A stretch of 64,000 nucleotides of DNA from Bacteroidales bacterium UBA5219 (GCA_002412425.1 DHVB01000021.1:61195-125194); one strand, 5' to 3'. Counted from the stretch's first letter, positions 19,515 to 31,518 are shown. Notes: generated by a model from the sequence alone, not told the origin. Made by a program: numbers and translations.

Positions 19515-20282
19515 TTATTTAGCAAATTGTTTCCAAAAATCGAAATCTGTATTCTTTTCAACTTTGTTTTGCATTGACCTTGGAAGTGTGTGCCAAAAGT
19601 TTAGCTTAGTAGTTTTCTCTAAATCTCGAATAGAAAGAGTATAGCTAAAAATATCTTTATCTGTAGCTTTCTCGTTAGGTATTAGAAAAGCTATTCCAGA
19701 AGTTAGAGTGTCGGAATGATATAATATTGTTTTATAAAAATATTTTGGAACACTAACTTTATTTTCGCCTATATTTTCTAAGTCATTTTCTAGCACAGGA
19801 CCTGTAACAACATAAATACAACCCAATTTCGAGCTTGTTGTTCTAACATAAGTTTCTAAATTTTTCCAAATTCCACGATTGAACGATGGCGCTTGTGGAC
19901 TCATATTGCTGAAGTAGAAAGTTTCTACCATTGCTATTGAGTCAAAACTCATGTCTGCAGCAGGCAATAAATGTCCTTTGTCATATCCTGAATTTTTGTA
20001 GTCATTGTCGTTAGCAGTTCCTGTTGCGACAAGAGGGTCTGTCATAAATTTGTCTGTACGTTTCGCATTGCTTTCTGTCATATAATCTTTAAGTATATAA
20101 GCTACCCATTTTGATTGTTCGTGTTTTTCGCTGTAAACAAAACTGTAGTGAGTATGACAAAGCTTAGTCTCACTTTTTTTTACAGAAGGTGTTAGAATAG
20201 TTGTACAATCTTGCGAATAAGTATTAAAATAAATAAATAACGAAAGCAAAATTAGGACTGAAAATTTAATTATGCTCTTCAT
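19515..20282 (-). CDS. secreted DNA/RNA non-specific endonuclease (NUC1/EndoG family)
   Basis: Signal peptide. DKGHLLPAADM catalytic His context. SNMSPQ...FNRGIW motif. Confidence 0.85.
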   Translation of the reverse strand: MKSIIKFSVLILLSLFIYFNTYSQDCTTILTPSVKKSETKLCHTHYSFVYSEKHEQSKWVAYILKDYMTESNAKRTDKFMTDPLVATGTANDNDYKNSGYDKGHLLPAADMSFDSIAMVETFYFSNMSPQAPSFNRGIWKNLETYVRTTSSKLGCIYVVTGPVLENDLENIGENKVSVPKYFYKTILYHSDTLTSGIAFLIPNEKATDKDIFSYTLSIRDLEKTTKLNFWHTLPRSMQNKVEKNTDFDFWKQFAK

Positions 20283-20294
20283 AGTATATTAAGT

Positions 20295-20945
20295 TTAAAA
20301 GTTTGTTTGTTGTTGATTTCTCATAGCACTACCCACAATATCTTCAAAGGCAACGAACAACATGCAAGAAGTTATAGGAAGAGTGAATAAAACACCAACG
20401 CCACAAGCTAAAATTCCTGCAAAATTTATTAAAAACAGAATAAGTAAAAATCCGAAAAATGACCACCAATTTTTTGTAATAATTTTTCTGCTTAATTCCA
20501 TTGCAGTCCAGAAATCATAATTGAAAAATATAATAAACATATTTGCAAATGAGTATGACACAGCAAGATACATTCCTGGAACAATTAGTAAAATCAATCC
20601 AACGGCAATAAATATTGAACTTACAATATTTAAAAGTACTAAAGGTAGAAAAAAGTTAAATCCATTAAAAAAGTCGGCAAATTTTGGAGTGTTGCCTCTT
20701 ATCACATCGTTTGCTACAAGGAAGAATCCTGCTATTAAAGGAGCTTGAAGTAAACTTAAAACACTTCCCACATACATTAGTGGAGGAGCACTTGCAATAG
20801 CAGCAACACCAAAAATAATTAAATAAAATCCAAAAAATCCGTTAGAGTACTTTTTAAAAAGCTCAAGACCTTCGTTTAGGTATTGTTCGGTTTTTACTTC
20901 ATAACCATTGTTAATTAAGTCATTAAAAGCTTGATTGTATTCCAT
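20295..20945 (-). CDS. hypothetical integral membrane protein
   Basis: 216 aa with several hydrophobic helices. No family recognised. Confidence 0.5.
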   Translation of the reverse strand: MEYNQAFNDLINNGYEVKTEQYLNEGLELFKKYSNGFFGFYLIIFGVAAIASAPPLMYVGSVLSLLQAPLIAGFFLVANDVIRGNTPKFADFFNGFNFFLPLVLLNIVSSIFIAVGLILLIVPGMYLAVSYSFANMFIIFFNYDFWTAMELSRKIITKNWWSFFGFLLILFLINFAGILACGVGVLFTLPITSCMLFVAFEDIVGSAMRNQQQTNF

Positions 20946-20980
20946 AATTTTTAATTTTTTAAAATGTAAAAATAATATTT

Positions 20981-22723
20981 TTATTCATAAACTGCCGCAT
21001 CTCCACTAACTAAATCAATATATTTTAATGATGGCGATTCAACAAAATCCATATTTGTGTATTTACACCATATCTTATCAACTTTTTCTATAGTTTTTTT
21101 GTCAGCACACACAGGGTTGGGCCATTTTCTTTGAAAATTATTTTCTTTTAAATTTTTTGAACTTGCATTTATTAAAATAAAATCATCTTCAATTTTAACA
21201 TCATAGATTGGGTCTATATTGTTTAGAATTAGCCAAAGAGCTGTGTGATTATCTTTTATAGCTTCTGGTTTATCAATAATTATATTTATTCCAGTAAGTT
21301 TTTTAGTTTTATCAAATTCAGAATTTTTAATGAGTTTTATTTCTCTATTTTCTAATTTTTCATTTTGAGGATTTGTAGCATCAATTAAAATTTTGCCGCC
21401 AAATGCGTATGTGTATGCCGAATGGTCTAAAACATCAGCAGGACCTTTGCTGAAAATTGTATTGTTTTTTAAATCATTTACTTTTAATAATGTTTCAAAA
21501 ACTTGTTTATCGTCTTGAATATCAATATTTTCGTTAAAGCAAATAATTATTTTTGAAAACATCATTTGTCCTGCACCAAGCAAGGCATTCATAATTTTAA
21601 TTGCTTGTCCTTTATAAGTTGCTTTTGCTTTTACCAACACTAAATTATGTGCTACTCCATAGTCTGGCAATCTAATGTCTAAAACTTCTGGAGCTATTGC
21701 AATTTGAATTGGTTTTAAAAATATTCTTTCTGTTGCTTTTGAGAGATAAAAATCTTCCATTGGTGGAATTCCTACAATTGTGGCTGGATAAATAGGTTTT
21801 TTTCTGTGAGTTATGCAAGTTACATGAAATTTTGGATAATAATCCGCAAGTGAATAAAAACCTGTGTGGTCGCCAAATGGTCCTTCAAGTGCAAGCTCTT
21901 CGTTAGGGTCTATATAGCCTTCAATTACAAAATCAGCATCTTCGGGAATGAAAATATCGTTGGTAATTGATTTTACTAATTTTACATTTTTGTTTTTTAA
22001 AAATCCTGCCAAAATAAATTCGTCTATATCTTGTGGAAGAGGAGCGCTAGCACAATAAGTTAAGATTGGGTCTCCGCCTAAAACAACTGAAACAGGCATT
22101 TTTTTATTTAGTTTTTTATATTTTTCAAAATGTACAGCTCCGCCTTTATGCAAATGCCAATGCATTCCTGTTGTTTTATTATCAAAAACTTGCATTCTAT
22201 ACATTCCAATATTTCTGATTTTTGTTTCGGGGTCTTCACTTATAACTAAAGGCAAAGTAATAAATCTTCCACCGTCATGTTTCCAACATTTTAAAATTGG
22301 AAGTTTTGACAAATCTGGATTTTGCATAATTACATCTTGGCATTTTCCTTTTGACTTTAGTTTTTTAGGTATCCATTTTTTTAAATTTTTTAGTTCAGAT
22401 AAAGCCGATAGTTTTTCAGAAAAAGTTTGTGGTGGATTTATTATATTATTAAAAAGCAAGTCAATTTTTTGAGAAGGTTCTTCCCAATTTTTAATTCCTA
22501 ATATTGAAAACATTCTTTTTTCGGAGCCAAAATGATTTATTAATAATGGAAAATCTGTACCTGTATTTTCAAAAAATAAGGCTTTGCCTCCTTTTGGGAG
22601 CTTCATCATTCTGTCTGCAAACTCTGTAATTTCAAGTTCGGGATTTACAAATTCATTTATTCTAATTAATTCGCCTTCTTTCTCGAATTTTGACACTAAT
22701 ATTTCTAAAGGACTCTTGTTCAT
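20981..22723 (-). CDS. UbiD family (prenyl-FMN dependent) decarboxylase, menaquinone/ubiquinone-type
   Basis: 580 aa. GMYRMQV, HWHLHKGG and GPFGDHTGFY motifs typical of the UbiD family. Confidence 0.85.
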   Translation of the reverse strand: MNKSPLEILVSKFEKEGELIRINEFVNPELEITEFADRMMKLPKGGKALFFENTGTDFPLLINHFGSEKRMFSILGIKNWEEPSQKIDLLFNNIINPPQTFSEKLSALSELKNLKKWIPKKLKSKGKCQDVIMQNPDLSKLPILKCWKHDGGRFITLPLVISEDPETKIRNIGMYRMQVFDNKTTGMHWHLHKGGAVHFEKYKKLNKKMPVSVVLGGDPILTYCASAPLPQDIDEFILAGFLKNKNVKLVKSITNDIFIPEDADFVIEGYIDPNEELALEGPFGDHTGFYSLADYYPKFHVTCITHRKKPIYPATIVGIPPMEDFYLSKATERIFLKPIQIAIAPEVLDIRLPDYGVAHNLVLVKAKATYKGQAIKIMNALLGAGQMMFSKIIICFNENIDIQDDKQVFETLLKVNDLKNNTIFSKGPADVLDHSAYTYAFGGKILIDATNPQNEKLENREIKLIKNSEFDKTKKLTGINIIIDKPEAIKDNHTALWLILNNIDPIYDVKIEDDFILINASSKNLKENNFQRKWPNPVCADKKTIEKVDKIWCKYTNMDFVESPSLKYIDLVSGDAAVYE

Positions 22724-22828
22724 TTATTCTATTTAACAAAGACGCAATATAATAAAATTAAGAATAAATCATTTAAAAATGTAATATAATTTTTACCGGA
22801 CAGTAATGATTTTTTATTTAATTTTTAT

Positions 22829-22836
22829 TATTTTTG
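22829..22836 (+). promoter_or_regulatory. candidate Bacteroidota -7 promoter box (TATTTTTG = TAnnTTTG)
   Basis: Perfect match to TAnnTTTG 23 nt upstream of the ATG at 22859. No convincing -33 TTTG found. Confidence 0.3.
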
Positions 22837-22858
22837 GCGGAGAAAAAGTGAAAAATTT

Positions 22859-24619
22859 ATGAAAAATTATTTAATATTTATTTTAATTGTTTTGTGTGCT
22901 AGTCAAGGAATTTATTCGCAAAACAAACTTCCATATCCTGTAATTTTTGTTCATGGGCTTACAGGTAGTGAAAAAACATTTGCTACTAGTATGGAGTTTT
23001 TACGTGATAGCTATCAACTTGGAGATATCAATGTGTTTGATGCTGTTTTAAATGCTGACAATGACCTATCAACTGCCTTGTTGGAAAATGATGTAAAATG
23101 GGAAAACTTCGTTTTTAATGATAAAGTTATCTATCTCGGTCCAAGAAATTATACAGACAATAAAGATGATTATGTTCAAGAATGGACAGGGTCCAGCATT
23201 TTTGCAATAAATTTCAAGGAAGAGAATATAAAAGGAGCCAGCGGATTTTTTTATAGTTATTTTGATCAAAGTAATCAATCTGCAATATATAAACAAGGTT
23301 ATGCTCTAGGTAAAATGATACAAGAAGTTCTTGATTTTACAGGTGCTGACAAAGTTGTTTTAGTAGGTCATTCTATGGGTGGATTATGTATCAGAGAATA
23401 TTTGCAAAGAACTGACGAAAATGGTGTTCATGTAAATTGGATTGACCCTACAGTTGCAGATGGACATAAAGTAGCAAGAGTAGCAACATTTGGCACTCCG
23501 CATTTAGGTTCTAATACATCTCCTGACCCAACAAAATCTGACATTCCTGATGTGCAAGGCAAATCTGAAGCAAATCGAGATTTAATTTGGGAATACGATT
23601 CCTATACTTTTTGCAATACATATCCACAGGGAATTTATTTATTTGGAGGAAATGAGAATTGTATTGCAAGTGAAGGAGGGTTTTTCGGAAACTCAACTTT
23701 TTATAATGTTGATGTAAATTGTAATGGAAGTGAAACTGATGACATAATTGGAATAAATGAAGGACCAGATAGCCAGTCATATAATCCAGAAATGCCTCTG
23801 CCACTGAATATCAAATATACATATATGACATCTATATGGCTTGGTTGGGATATAGGTTTAGTAGGTGATGGAGCAGTGGATATTAACAAGCAATGGCTCT
23901 ACGACCAAGATAGAAATCCTGTACCTTTAGGAATTACAGATACATTACTTACCGATGTTATTCACACAAGCGAAGGTAGTGATTATTACACACTTATCCG
24001 TGGGCTTGACGAACCTAATCAGTTTTCGCTTGCTTATACTTTAGAACCTGATAATGAAATAATTGGTTTTGTTACTTTTCAACAAAATGGAGTAGAAATT
24101 GACGAAGACGTATTTAAACTTAAATCTGGCAATAATAATGCAATAGCCTTTGTTTTTAATGGAGAATCTTCAGGTGTAAACACAATACAATTTTATGATT
24201 TAAACGAAAATCTAATTCAGTCTAAAACAATTACTAATTTTATTGATACTACTATTATTAATATTCCTGCAAATGATGACGGTATTTATGTAAAGCTAAT
24301 TGGAACAGCTAGTTCAACAACTTGGGAAAATCCATATAAAATTCACTTTATACCTTATGTAACAACAGAAATGCCAAATTACAATAATGCTTCAGTAAGC
24401 ATTTTTCCAAATCCTTCAAATGGGATATGCGAATTTAGCTTAATGAATATCTCAGATTGTTATATCAAAATATTTAACACTAATGGTGTTGAAGTTTTTC
24501 GCTCAGAAATAACAAACCAGAAAGAATTAGATTTAAGTTTTTTGTCTAATGGTATTTATACTATAAAATTTGATTTTGATTCAGGTAGTTTAATTCAAAA
24601 ATTAGTGATTATACGTTGA
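22859..24619 (+). CDS. secreted alpha/beta-hydrolase lipase/esterase with T9SS C-terminal sorting domain
   Basis: Signal peptide, PVIFVHGLTGS oxyanion region, GHSMGG nucleophile elbow. C-terminal SIFPNPSNGICEF...NGIYTIKF type-A CTD. Confidence 0.75.
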   Translation: MKNYLIFILIVLCASQGIYSQNKLPYPVIFVHGLTGSEKTFATSMEFLRDSYQLGDINVFDAVLNADNDLSTALLENDVKWENFVFNDKVIYLGPRNYTDNKDDYVQEWTGSSIFAINFKEENIKGASGFFYSYFDQSNQSAIYKQGYALGKMIQEVLDFTGADKVVLVGHSMGGLCIREYLQRTDENGVHVNWIDPTVADGHKVARVATFGTPHLGSNTSPDPTKSDIPDVQGKSEANRDLIWEYDSYTFCNTYPQGIYLFGGNENCIASEGGFFGNSTFYNVDVNCNGSETDDIIGINEGPDSQSYNPEMPLPLNIKYTYMTSIWLGWDIGLVGDGAVDINKQWLYDQDRNPVPLGITDTLLTDVIHTSEGSDYYTLIRGLDEPNQFSLAYTLEPDNEIIGFVTFQQNGVEIDEDVFKLKSGNNNAIAFVFNGESSGVNTIQFYDLNENLIQSKTITNFIDTTIINIPANDDGIYVKLIGTASSTTWENPYKIHFIPYVTTEMPNYNNASVSIFPNPSNGICEFSLMNISDCYIKIFNTNGVEVFRSEITNQKELDLSFLSNGIYTIKFDFDSGSLIQKLVIIR

Positions 24620-24634
24620 GAAATTTTATCAGCT

Positions 24635-25012
24635 TTAAACTTTATTCGCAATTAGTAGTCCTAGAAAAGTAAATGTTAAGCAAACTATTACGCTTAGAGC
24701 AATGTATAAAAAACTTGTTGTGTGATTTCCTGTTTGCAAAAGATTGAGAGTTTCGTTACTAAATGTTGAAAATGTGCTAAATCCACCACAAAAGCCTACA
24801 ACCCAAAACATTTTAGCAGATGCTGAAATAATTTGTTTACTATCTGCTAAGCCAATTACAAAACCTACAATAAAACAGGCTAAAATATTTACTATAAATG
24901 TTCCGAGAGGGAAATTTGTTGAGTGTATTGAACTTATCCATTTTCCGAGTCCAAATCTTATAATTCCGCCTAGTCCGCTGCCTATAAAAATATAAATTGC
25001 ATGTTTCAGCAT
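24635..25012 (-). CDS. crcB: fluoride ion channel CrcB/FluC
   Basis: 125 aa, 4 TM. GGxxR N-terminal motif (GLGGIIRF) and GFCGGFSTFSTF motif. Confidence 0.85.
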   Translation of the reverse strand: MLKHAIYIFIGSGLGGIIRFGLGKWISSIHSTNFPLGTFIVNILACFIVGFVIGLADSKQIISASAKMFWVVGFCGGFSTFSTFSNETLNLLQTGNHTTSFLYIALSVIVCLTFTFLGLLIANKV

Positions 25013-25021
25013 GTTTGTAAT

Positions 25022-26884
25022 CTATTGGCTATACTTGTTTTTGATAAGAAATTTGTGTAAAATTATTAAGAGCCATAACCTATTGTAAAGGTAGTCTTTT
25101 CCTAACTTGAATTCTGTAATAAGTTTTTGAACTTCGGAAAACTCAATAATATTAAATTCGTTTATAACACTTTCGTTTAAGTAATCTTTTATTAAAAATG
25201 CTAAATCTGTGTTAAGCCATGTTTTTAGTGGCATTGCAAATCCAGATTTAGGTCTGTCGAAAAATTCTCTTGGAAGATAATCGTATAAAATTTCTTTTAA
25301 TAAAAACTTAGGAATATTTTTCGAGTTTTTTAATTTAGGATCTAAATTTAAAGCAAGTTCAACAATTCTGTGGTCTAGCAAAGGAACTCTCACTTCTAAT
25401 CCATAACGCATTGATGCTCTGTCTATTTTGACTAGCAAGTCATCTTTTAAGTAGTATTTTAAATCAAAAATTGCTTGAGCTTCTTCGGGTGTAAGTTTTC
25501 TTACAAAATTTGAATAATCTTGTTCTAAGCTGTTGTCAAAGATTAGGTCAGGGTTTAAAATTTTTCTAAGTTCTTTTTCGCTAAAAAAGTATTGTTCTTG
25601 TGAAAAAATATGCGATTTTAGAGTGTCTTTATTTTTATATTTAAAAAGGTACGAAGCTCTTTTGCTTCTGTTGCTTGGTGAAAGTTCTAAAATTGTAGCA
25701 AAAACATTTCTAAAGTTTTTATATGGGAATTTGTTAAGTCTTTTTGCCCATGTATATGCTCCATATCCGTGGAAAAGCTCATCGCCACCATCTCCCGACA
25801 AAACAACTCCAACCTTTTGTGTTGCGAATTTAGATATAAGCATTACTGGAATCGCTGAAGAGTCTGCAAAAGGCTCATCAAAAAAGTCAAGCATATCAAG
25901 TATGATACTTTTTACGTCATCTACAGAAACTATGTATTGATGATGATTTGTTCCTAAATAATCTGCAATTTGTTTTGCGTATTTCGATTCGTCGAATTTA
26001 GGCTCGTTAAAACCAAGAGAAAAAGTGTCTATTTTTTGTGAATGAGTTTTTGCAGCAATTGCAGTAACAAGACTAGAGTCTATTCCTCCACTCAAAAATG
26101 TTCCAAATGGCACATCGCTAAGCAAAGTCATTGAAACAGATGATTTTATTAGTGAGTGAACTCTTTCTTTAGCTTCGTGAAAATCGGTTATTACATTTCG
26201 TCTAATGTAGCCTTCAATATCCCAGTAGGATTCTAATCGAAAGCCGTTTTGTGAAACAATTCCAATTTGTCCACTAGGAAATTTTCTAATGTTAGTGTAT
26301 ATTGTATTAGGTTCTGGAATATAGCCTAAATGTAAAAATTCGTAGATTGCAAAATTATTTAGTTGTCTTTCTTCGCGAATTTGTTTTACTTGTAATAAAG
26401 CTTTGATTTCTGATCCAAAAGCAAAATTTTTACCGTCCCAGTAATAGTACAATGGTTTTATTCCCATTCTATCTCTAAATACATATAAAATTTTCTCTTG
26501 CTTGTCATAAATTGCAATAGCAAACATTCCAATTAGCTTATTTATGAATGTGATTCCCCATTCTGCAAAAGCTTCGATAATAACTTCAGTATCTGTATTG
26601 GTTTTTAGTTCTATATTTAAGTCCTTAGCAATTTCTTTAAAATTATAAACTTCACCATTATAAACACAAATATATCTCATACGATGCGATTCCATTGGTT
26701 GGTTTGCATCATCGGAAAGGTCTAAAATACTAAGCCTTTGATTTCCTAGTCCAATAGAGTCGGTATAAAAGACACCTCTTGCGTTTGGTCCTCTGTGTGC
26801 CAAGCAAGATGTCATAAGTTCAAGTTCATCTTTACTTACAAAATTCGGATTATCTTTGGTGTAAAAACCTGTTATTCCACACAT
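25022..26884 (-). CDS. asnB: asparagine synthase (glutamine-hydrolysing)
   Basis: N-terminal MCGI Ntn-glutaminase nucleophile. SGGIDSS PP-loop. 620 aa. Confidence 0.9.
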   Translation of the reverse strand: MCGITGFYTKDNPNFVSKDELELMTSCLAHRGPNARGVFYTDSIGLGNQRLSILDLSDDANQPMESHRMRYICVYNGEVYNFKEIAKDLNIELKTNTDTEVIIEAFAEWGITFINKLIGMFAIAIYDKQEKILYVFRDRMGIKPLYYYWDGKNFAFGSEIKALLQVKQIREERQLNNFAIYEFLHLGYIPEPNTIYTNIRKFPSGQIGIVSQNGFRLESYWDIEGYIRRNVITDFHEAKERVHSLIKSSVSMTLLSDVPFGTFLSGGIDSSLVTAIAAKTHSQKIDTFSLGFNEPKFDESKYAKQIADYLGTNHHQYIVSVDDVKSIILDMLDFFDEPFADSSAIPVMLISKFATQKVGVVLSGDGGDELFHGYGAYTWAKRLNKFPYKNFRNVFATILELSPSNRSKRASYLFKYKNKDTLKSHIFSQEQYFFSEKELRKILNPDLIFDNSLEQDYSNFVRKLTPEEAQAIFDLKYYLKDDLLVKIDRASMRYGLEVRVPLLDHRIVELALNLDPKLKNSKNIPKFLLKEILYDYLPREFFDRPKSGFAMPLKTWLNTDLAFLIKDYLNESVINEFNIIEFSEVQKLITEFKLGKDYLYNRLWLLIILHKFLIKNKYSQ

Positions 26885-26953
26885 CTATTTTCAAAAATTT
26901 TAAAAATCAAAATTAATATAATTTTCATTACATTCCAGTTAATATTTATAAAA

Positions 26954-28336
26954 TTATATCATTTTGCGTGGGTCAACTATATTATCGAAGTCTTTTTCTG
27001 ATATACTACCAATTTCCATTGCTGATTCTTTTAGGCTTATTCCTTTTTTATGAGCGTTTTTTGCAATTTCCGCTGCTTTGTTGTATCCAATAGCTGTGTT
27101 GAGAGCAGTTACAGTCATTAAAGATTTCTTTAAATATTCTTCTGTTTGTTTGTCATTAATTTTAACTCCAGAAACGCAATTGTTTAAGAATGAGTCGCAT
27201 GCTTCGGCTAAAATATTTGCAGATTCTAAAAAGTTCTTAATCATTACAGGTCTAAATACATTTAGTTCAAAATGCCCATTCATTGCAGAAGTTGTTATGC
27301 TTAAATCATTTCCAATGATTTGTGCACAAACCATTGTTATTGCTTCAATTTGAGTTGGATTAACTTTCCCTGGCATAATTGAAGAACCTGGTTCGTTTTC
27401 TGGAATAAGAATTTCGTTTAGACCACATCTTGGACCACTTGCCATCATTCTAAAATCGTTTGCAATTTTATTTATTGCAACTGCAATTTGTTTTAATGCT
27501 GAATGTGTTTCTAAAATAGAATCGTGTGCAGCTAAAGCTTCAAATTTATTGGGAGCAGTTTTAAATTCTATTTTAGAAAATTCAGTTAGATGTTTGCAAA
27601 CTTTTTTATCGTAAGCTTTTGGTGCATTTAAACCTGTTCCTACTGCTGTTCCGCCTATTGCAAGCTCAGAAAGGTGGTCTAAACTTTTTTCTAAAGCATT
27701 AATGCCATATTCTAATTGTGCAGCATATCCCGAAAATTCTTGTCCAAAACTTATTGGTGTCGCATCCATCATATGGGTTCTGCCTGTTTTAATTTTATTC
27801 GCAAATTCCTTAGATAGTTTTACAAATTCTTTGTGCAATCTTTTTAGAGCAGGTAGGGTTTTGTTTACAATTACAGTTTTTGCAGCAATATTCATTGCCG
27901 AAGGAAAAGTGTCGTTTGATGATTGACTTTTGTTAACGTCATCGTTTGGGTGTAGTAATTTTTTTGAATCTGTTAAACTTCCTCCATTTAGAACATGAGC
28001 ACGGTTTGCAATAACTTCGTTTAAGTTCATATTTGTTTGAGTGCCTGAACCAGTTTGAAAAACTACTAAAGGGAATTGGTCGTCAAGTTTTCCTTGACAA
28101 ATTTCATCACAAACATTAGCTATTGCTTTGGCTTTTTCTTCGCTTAAAACACCTTTGTTGTGGTTAGCTTTTGCACAAGATTTTTTTAAAATTGCCATAG
28201 CATAAATTACTTCTAAAGGCATTTTACCACCAATTTTAAAGTTTTGAAACGAACGCTGTGTTTGTGCTCCCCAGTATTTGTCGGCAGGAACATCAACTAT
28301 TCCCATACTGTCTTTTTCTTGTCTAAATTTTGTCAT
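26954..28336 (-). CDS. fumC: class II fumarate hydratase
   Basis: [13 protein letters not shown] signature, [18 protein letters not shown] motifs. Confidence 0.93.
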   Translation of the reverse strand: MTKFRQEKDSMGIVDVPADKYWGAQTQRSFQNFKIGGKMPLEVIYAMAILKKSCAKANHNKGVLSEEKAKAIANVCDEICQGKLDDQFPLVVFQTGSGTQTNMNLNEVIANRAHVLNGGSLTDSKKLLHPNDDVNKSQSSNDTFPSAMNIAAKTVIVNKTLPALKRLHKEFVKLSKEFANKIKTGRTHMMDATPISFGQEFSGYAAQLEYGINALEKSLDHLSELAIGGTAVGTGLNAPKAYDKKVCKHLTEFSKIEFKTAPNKFEALAAHDSILETHSALKQIAVAINKIANDFRMMASGPRCGLNEILIPENEPGSSIMPGKVNPTQIEAITMVCAQIIGNDLSITTSAMNGHFELNVFRPVMIKNFLESANILAEACDSFLNNCVSGVKINDKQTEEYLKKSLMTVTALNTAIGYNKAAEIAKNAHKKGISLKESAMEIGSISEKDFDNIVDPRKMI

Positions 28337-28338
28337 GA

Positions 28339-29142
28339 TTAATCGATTAAAAAATTAAATATTTTGTTTGAAACTTCTTGTGGCTGTTCAATATGTAACC
28401 AATGTCCAGCATTTTCAACTGTTTCGACTTTTGAATTAGGAAAAATAAATTCTATAAGTTTAAAATCTTGATTAGTGATATAATTTGATAAATCTCCTTT
28501 TAAAAAAAGTGTTGGTAAAAGTATTTTTTTTTCAATAAATTCATCTGTATCTAAGCCTTGTACAATTTCTGGAAAATTATTTGCAATTGCTTGCAGATTT
28601 AATTTCCAACACATTTTACCATCTTTTTTTATTAAATTTTTTAGAATAATATTTCTAATATTTTCTTCGTAATTTACTAATTCTTTGGCGACTTCACTAT
28701 AGGATTTGTATTTTTTTAGTTCAAGTTTAAGCATGTTTGAAATTAAATTCAAATGGAAGTTTATGCTTGGTACATGTTGGCTTATGTTGGAATAATTTCG
28801 TGGTGAAATATCTGCAACAATTAGTTTGTTTATGTATTGTGGATATTTATTTGCAAAAAACATGGCAGTTTTTCCACCCATGGAATGACCTAAAAGATTA
28901 AATTTTTCGATATTCAGAGAATCTGTCCAAATTTTTAAATCTTCTACGAGTTCAGGATATGTATGAGATGGATTATGAAATGATTTTCCGTGATTTCTTG
29001 CGTCAGGTAAATAAATATTAAACTTATCGCTTAATAAATTTGCAACATTTGTCCAAGTTTCGCCACTGCCATAAAGTCCGTGTAAAATTACAAGATTGTC
29101 GTTTTTAATATTATTGCCAGTTTTTAAGTGGTTTAAAATCAT
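28339..29142 (-). CDS. alpha/beta hydrolase (esterase)
   Basis: HGLYGSG oxyanion region, GHSMGG nucleophile elbow, C-terminal GHWLH catalytic His. Confidence 0.75.
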   Translation of the reverse strand: MILNHLKTGNNIKNDNLVILHGLYGSGETWTNVANLLSDKFNIYLPDARNHGKSFHNPSHTYPELVEDLKIWTDSLNIEKFNLLGHSMGGKTAMFFANKYPQYINKLIVADISPRNYSNISQHVPSINFHLNLISNMLKLELKKYKSYSEVAKELVNYEENIRNIILKNLIKKDGKMCWKLNLQAIANNFPEIVQGLDTDEFIEKKILLPTLFLKGDLSNYITNQDFKLIEFIFPNSKVETVENAGHWLHIEQPQEVSNKIFNFLID

Positions 29143-29145
29143 TTT

Positions 29146-30165
29146 TTAAAATGCAGATGTAAATTGGTTTAAAAATCTAATATCGTTTTCAAAAAATAAT
29201 CTTAAATCTTTTATTTCATATTTTAGCATTGAAATTCTTTCTATTCCCATTCCAAAAGCATAGCCCGACCATATTTTTGGGTCAATTCCAGTTGCCTCTA
29301 AAACATTTGTGTCAACCATTCCGCAACCTAAAATTTCTAACCAGCCAGTATTTTTGCAAACATTGCAACCTTTTCCTCCGCAAAGGCTACAGCTCACATC
29401 GACTTCTGCTGATGGTTCTGTAAATGGAAAATATGATGGACGCAATCTAATTTTTGTGTGTTTACCAAACATTTCTTTAGCAAAAATTTCTAAGGTATAT
29501 TTAAGGTCTGCAAACGAAACATTTGTATCAATACATAGTCCTTCAACTTGATGAAACAAACAATGAGCGCGTGCAGAAATAGCTTCGTTTCTGTAAACTC
29601 TACCCGGCGACAAAGTACGAATTGGTGGTTTTTGTTCTAACATTTCGTGAACTTGAACCGATGAGGTATGAGTACGAAGAAGAACATTCATATCGTTAGA
29701 AATGAAAAATGTGTCTTGCATGTCGCGTGCAGGGTGATTTTCTGGGAAATTTAGTAAAGCAAAATTATGATTATCATCTTCAATTTCTGGTCCGTCTGAA
29801 ATAGAAAAACCTAATTTTGTAAAAATTTCAACAATTTCGTTATGAACCACAGATAGGGGATGTCTTGCACCAAGTTTCAAGGGGTCGCCAGGACGACTTA
29901 AATCAATGTCAATTTTGCCCGAATTGTCAACAATAAATTGCTCTTTCAGTTGATTTAACTTTTCAGTCGCAGTTTGTTTTAAAATATTAATTTTTACTCC
30001 AACTTCTTTCTTTTGTTCTACTGGCACGTTTCTGAAATCATCGAATAGAGTAGAAATTTTTCCTTTTTTTGACAAATATGTTAATCTAAAGCTTTCAATT
30101 TCTTCTATACTTTTTGGCTTAAAAGCTTCAACTTCTGAAAGTATTTGGTTTATTTTATCAATCAT
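29146..30165 (-). CDS. pheS: phenylalanine--tRNA ligase alpha subunit
   Basis: GARHPL, class II motifs FRNEAISARAH and GMGIERI. Start placed at the ATG (MIDKINQ); the ORF-track start at 30186 is a TTG extension. Confidence 0.92.
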   Translation of the reverse strand: MIDKINQILSEVEAFKPKSIEEIESFRLTYLSKKGKISTLFDDFRNVPVEQKKEVGVKINILKQTATEKLNQLKEQFIVDNSGKIDIDLSRPGDPLKLGARHPLSVVHNEIVEIFTKLGFSISDGPEIEDDNHNFALLNFPENHPARDMQDTFFISNDMNVLLRTHTSSVQVHEMLEQKPPIRTLSPGRVYRNEAISARAHCLFHQVEGLCIDTNVSFADLKYTLEIFAKEMFGKHTKIRLRPSYFPFTEPSAEVDVSCSLCGGKGCNVCKNTGWLEILGCGMVDTNVLEATGIDPKIWSGYAFGMGIERISMLKYEIKDLRLFFENDIRFLNQFTSAF

Positions 30166-30213
30166 TTTTTTAAAATTAAAATGCAAATTTATAAATTTTC
30201 GAGACTAATATAA

Positions 30214-31518
30214 TTATTTATTTCTAAAAACTAGTACTATTGGAACTCCAGTAAAATTAAAGTTTTCTCTAAGTTTGTTTTCTAAATATCTTTTATATGG
30301 CTCTTTAATATATTGAGGTAAGTTGGCAAAAAATGCAAATACTGGGGTAGGGGTTGGCAGTTGAGTTACATATTTAATTTTTATATACTTGCCTTTTACT
30401 GACGGTGGATTATAATCTTCGATTGCTTGTAACATAACTTCGTTTAGTCTAGCAGTTGGAATGCGTTGAGTACGATTTTCGTAAACCGCCATTGCTGTTT
30501 CAATTACTTTGTGAACTCTTTGTTTTGTTAAAGCAGAAATAAATAAAATTGGAATATCATTAAAAGGAGCAATTTTTTCCATTATAGATTTTTGATATTC
30601 TTTCAAAGTATTAGTTGTTTTATCAATTAAATCCCACTTATTAACTAAAATTACTATTCCTTTTTTATTTTTTCTAATTAAGTTTAAAATATTTTGGTCT
30701 TGAGCTTCGAAACCTACGCTAGCATCTATCATTAAAAGGCAAACATCTGAATTTTCGATTGCTCTAATTGCTCGCATTACGGAATAAAACTCTAAATCTT
30801 GGTTTACTTTAGATTTTTTTCTAACTCCTGCTGTGTCAACTAGCATAAAGTCAAATCCAAATTTAATATATCTTGTGTTTATAGCGTCACGTGTAGTTCC
30901 TGCAATATCTGTAACAATATTTCTTTCTTCGCCAACAAGCACATTTGTTAATGATGATTTTCCGACATTTGGACGACCAACTATTGTTATGCGAGGCAAT
31001 TCTTCTTCTTCAGCATTTTTATCTTCGGGTAAAACTTTAACAATTTCATCTAAAAGATCGCCTGTACCTGAGCCATTAATTGCAGAAATAGAATAAATTT
31101 CGCCTAAACCTAAGTTGTAAAACTCATAAGCGTCAAGTATTCTTTCGTGTATATCAACTTTATTTGCAGTTACAAATACAGGTTTTTCTGATTTTCTTAA
31201 TAAATCTGCAACAGAAGAATCTAAATCTGTAAGCCCAGCTAGCACGTCAACCATAAAAATTATTACATCAGCTTCTTCTATTGCAATAACAACTTGGCGA
31301 GCAATTTCTTTTTCAAAAATATCATCAGAATCTTTTACATATCCTCCAGTGTCTATCACCGAAAATGTTCTTCCATTCCATTCGCAATGTCCGTAAAGTC
31401 TATCTCTTGTAACACCACTAACGTTATCAACAATAGCTTCACGTCTTTCGATAAGCCTATTGAAGAGAGTTGATTTTCCAACATTTGGACGACCTACAAT
31501 TGCAACTATGTTTCCCAT
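30214..31518 (-). CDS. der: ribosome biogenesis GTPase Der (EngA)
   Basis: Two tandem G domains (GRPNVGKST and GRPNVGKSS; DTGG and DTAG; NKVD and NKWD) plus a KH-like C-terminus. Confidence 0.93.
   Translation of the reverse strand: MGNIVAIVGRPNVGKSTLFNRLIERREAIVDNVSGVTRDRLYGHCEWNGRTFSVIDTGGYVKDSDDIFEKEIARQVVIAIEEADVIIFMVDVLAGLTDLDSSVADLLRKSEKPVFVTANKVDIHERILDAYEFYNLGLGEIYSISAINGSGTGDLLDEIVKVLPEDKNAEEEELPRITIVGRPNVGKSSLTNVLVGEERNIVTDIAGTTRDAINTRYIKFGFDFMLVDTAGVRKKSKVNQDLEFYSVMRAIRAIENSDVCLLMIDASVGFEAQDQNILNLIRKNKKGIVILVNKWDLIDKTTNTLKEYQKSIMEKIAPFNDIPILFISALTKQRVHKVIETAMAVYENRTQRIPTARLNEVMLQAIEDYNPPSVKGKYIKIKYVTQLPTPTPVFAFFANLPQYIKEPYKRYLENKLRENFNFTGVPIVLVFRNK

Noticed and set aside
25013-25021. 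Looked for a fluoride riboswitch upstream of crcB.
   Set aside because: Only 9 nt separate crcB from the asnB stop, so there is no room for a riboswitch. crcB appears to be co-transcribed with asnB.
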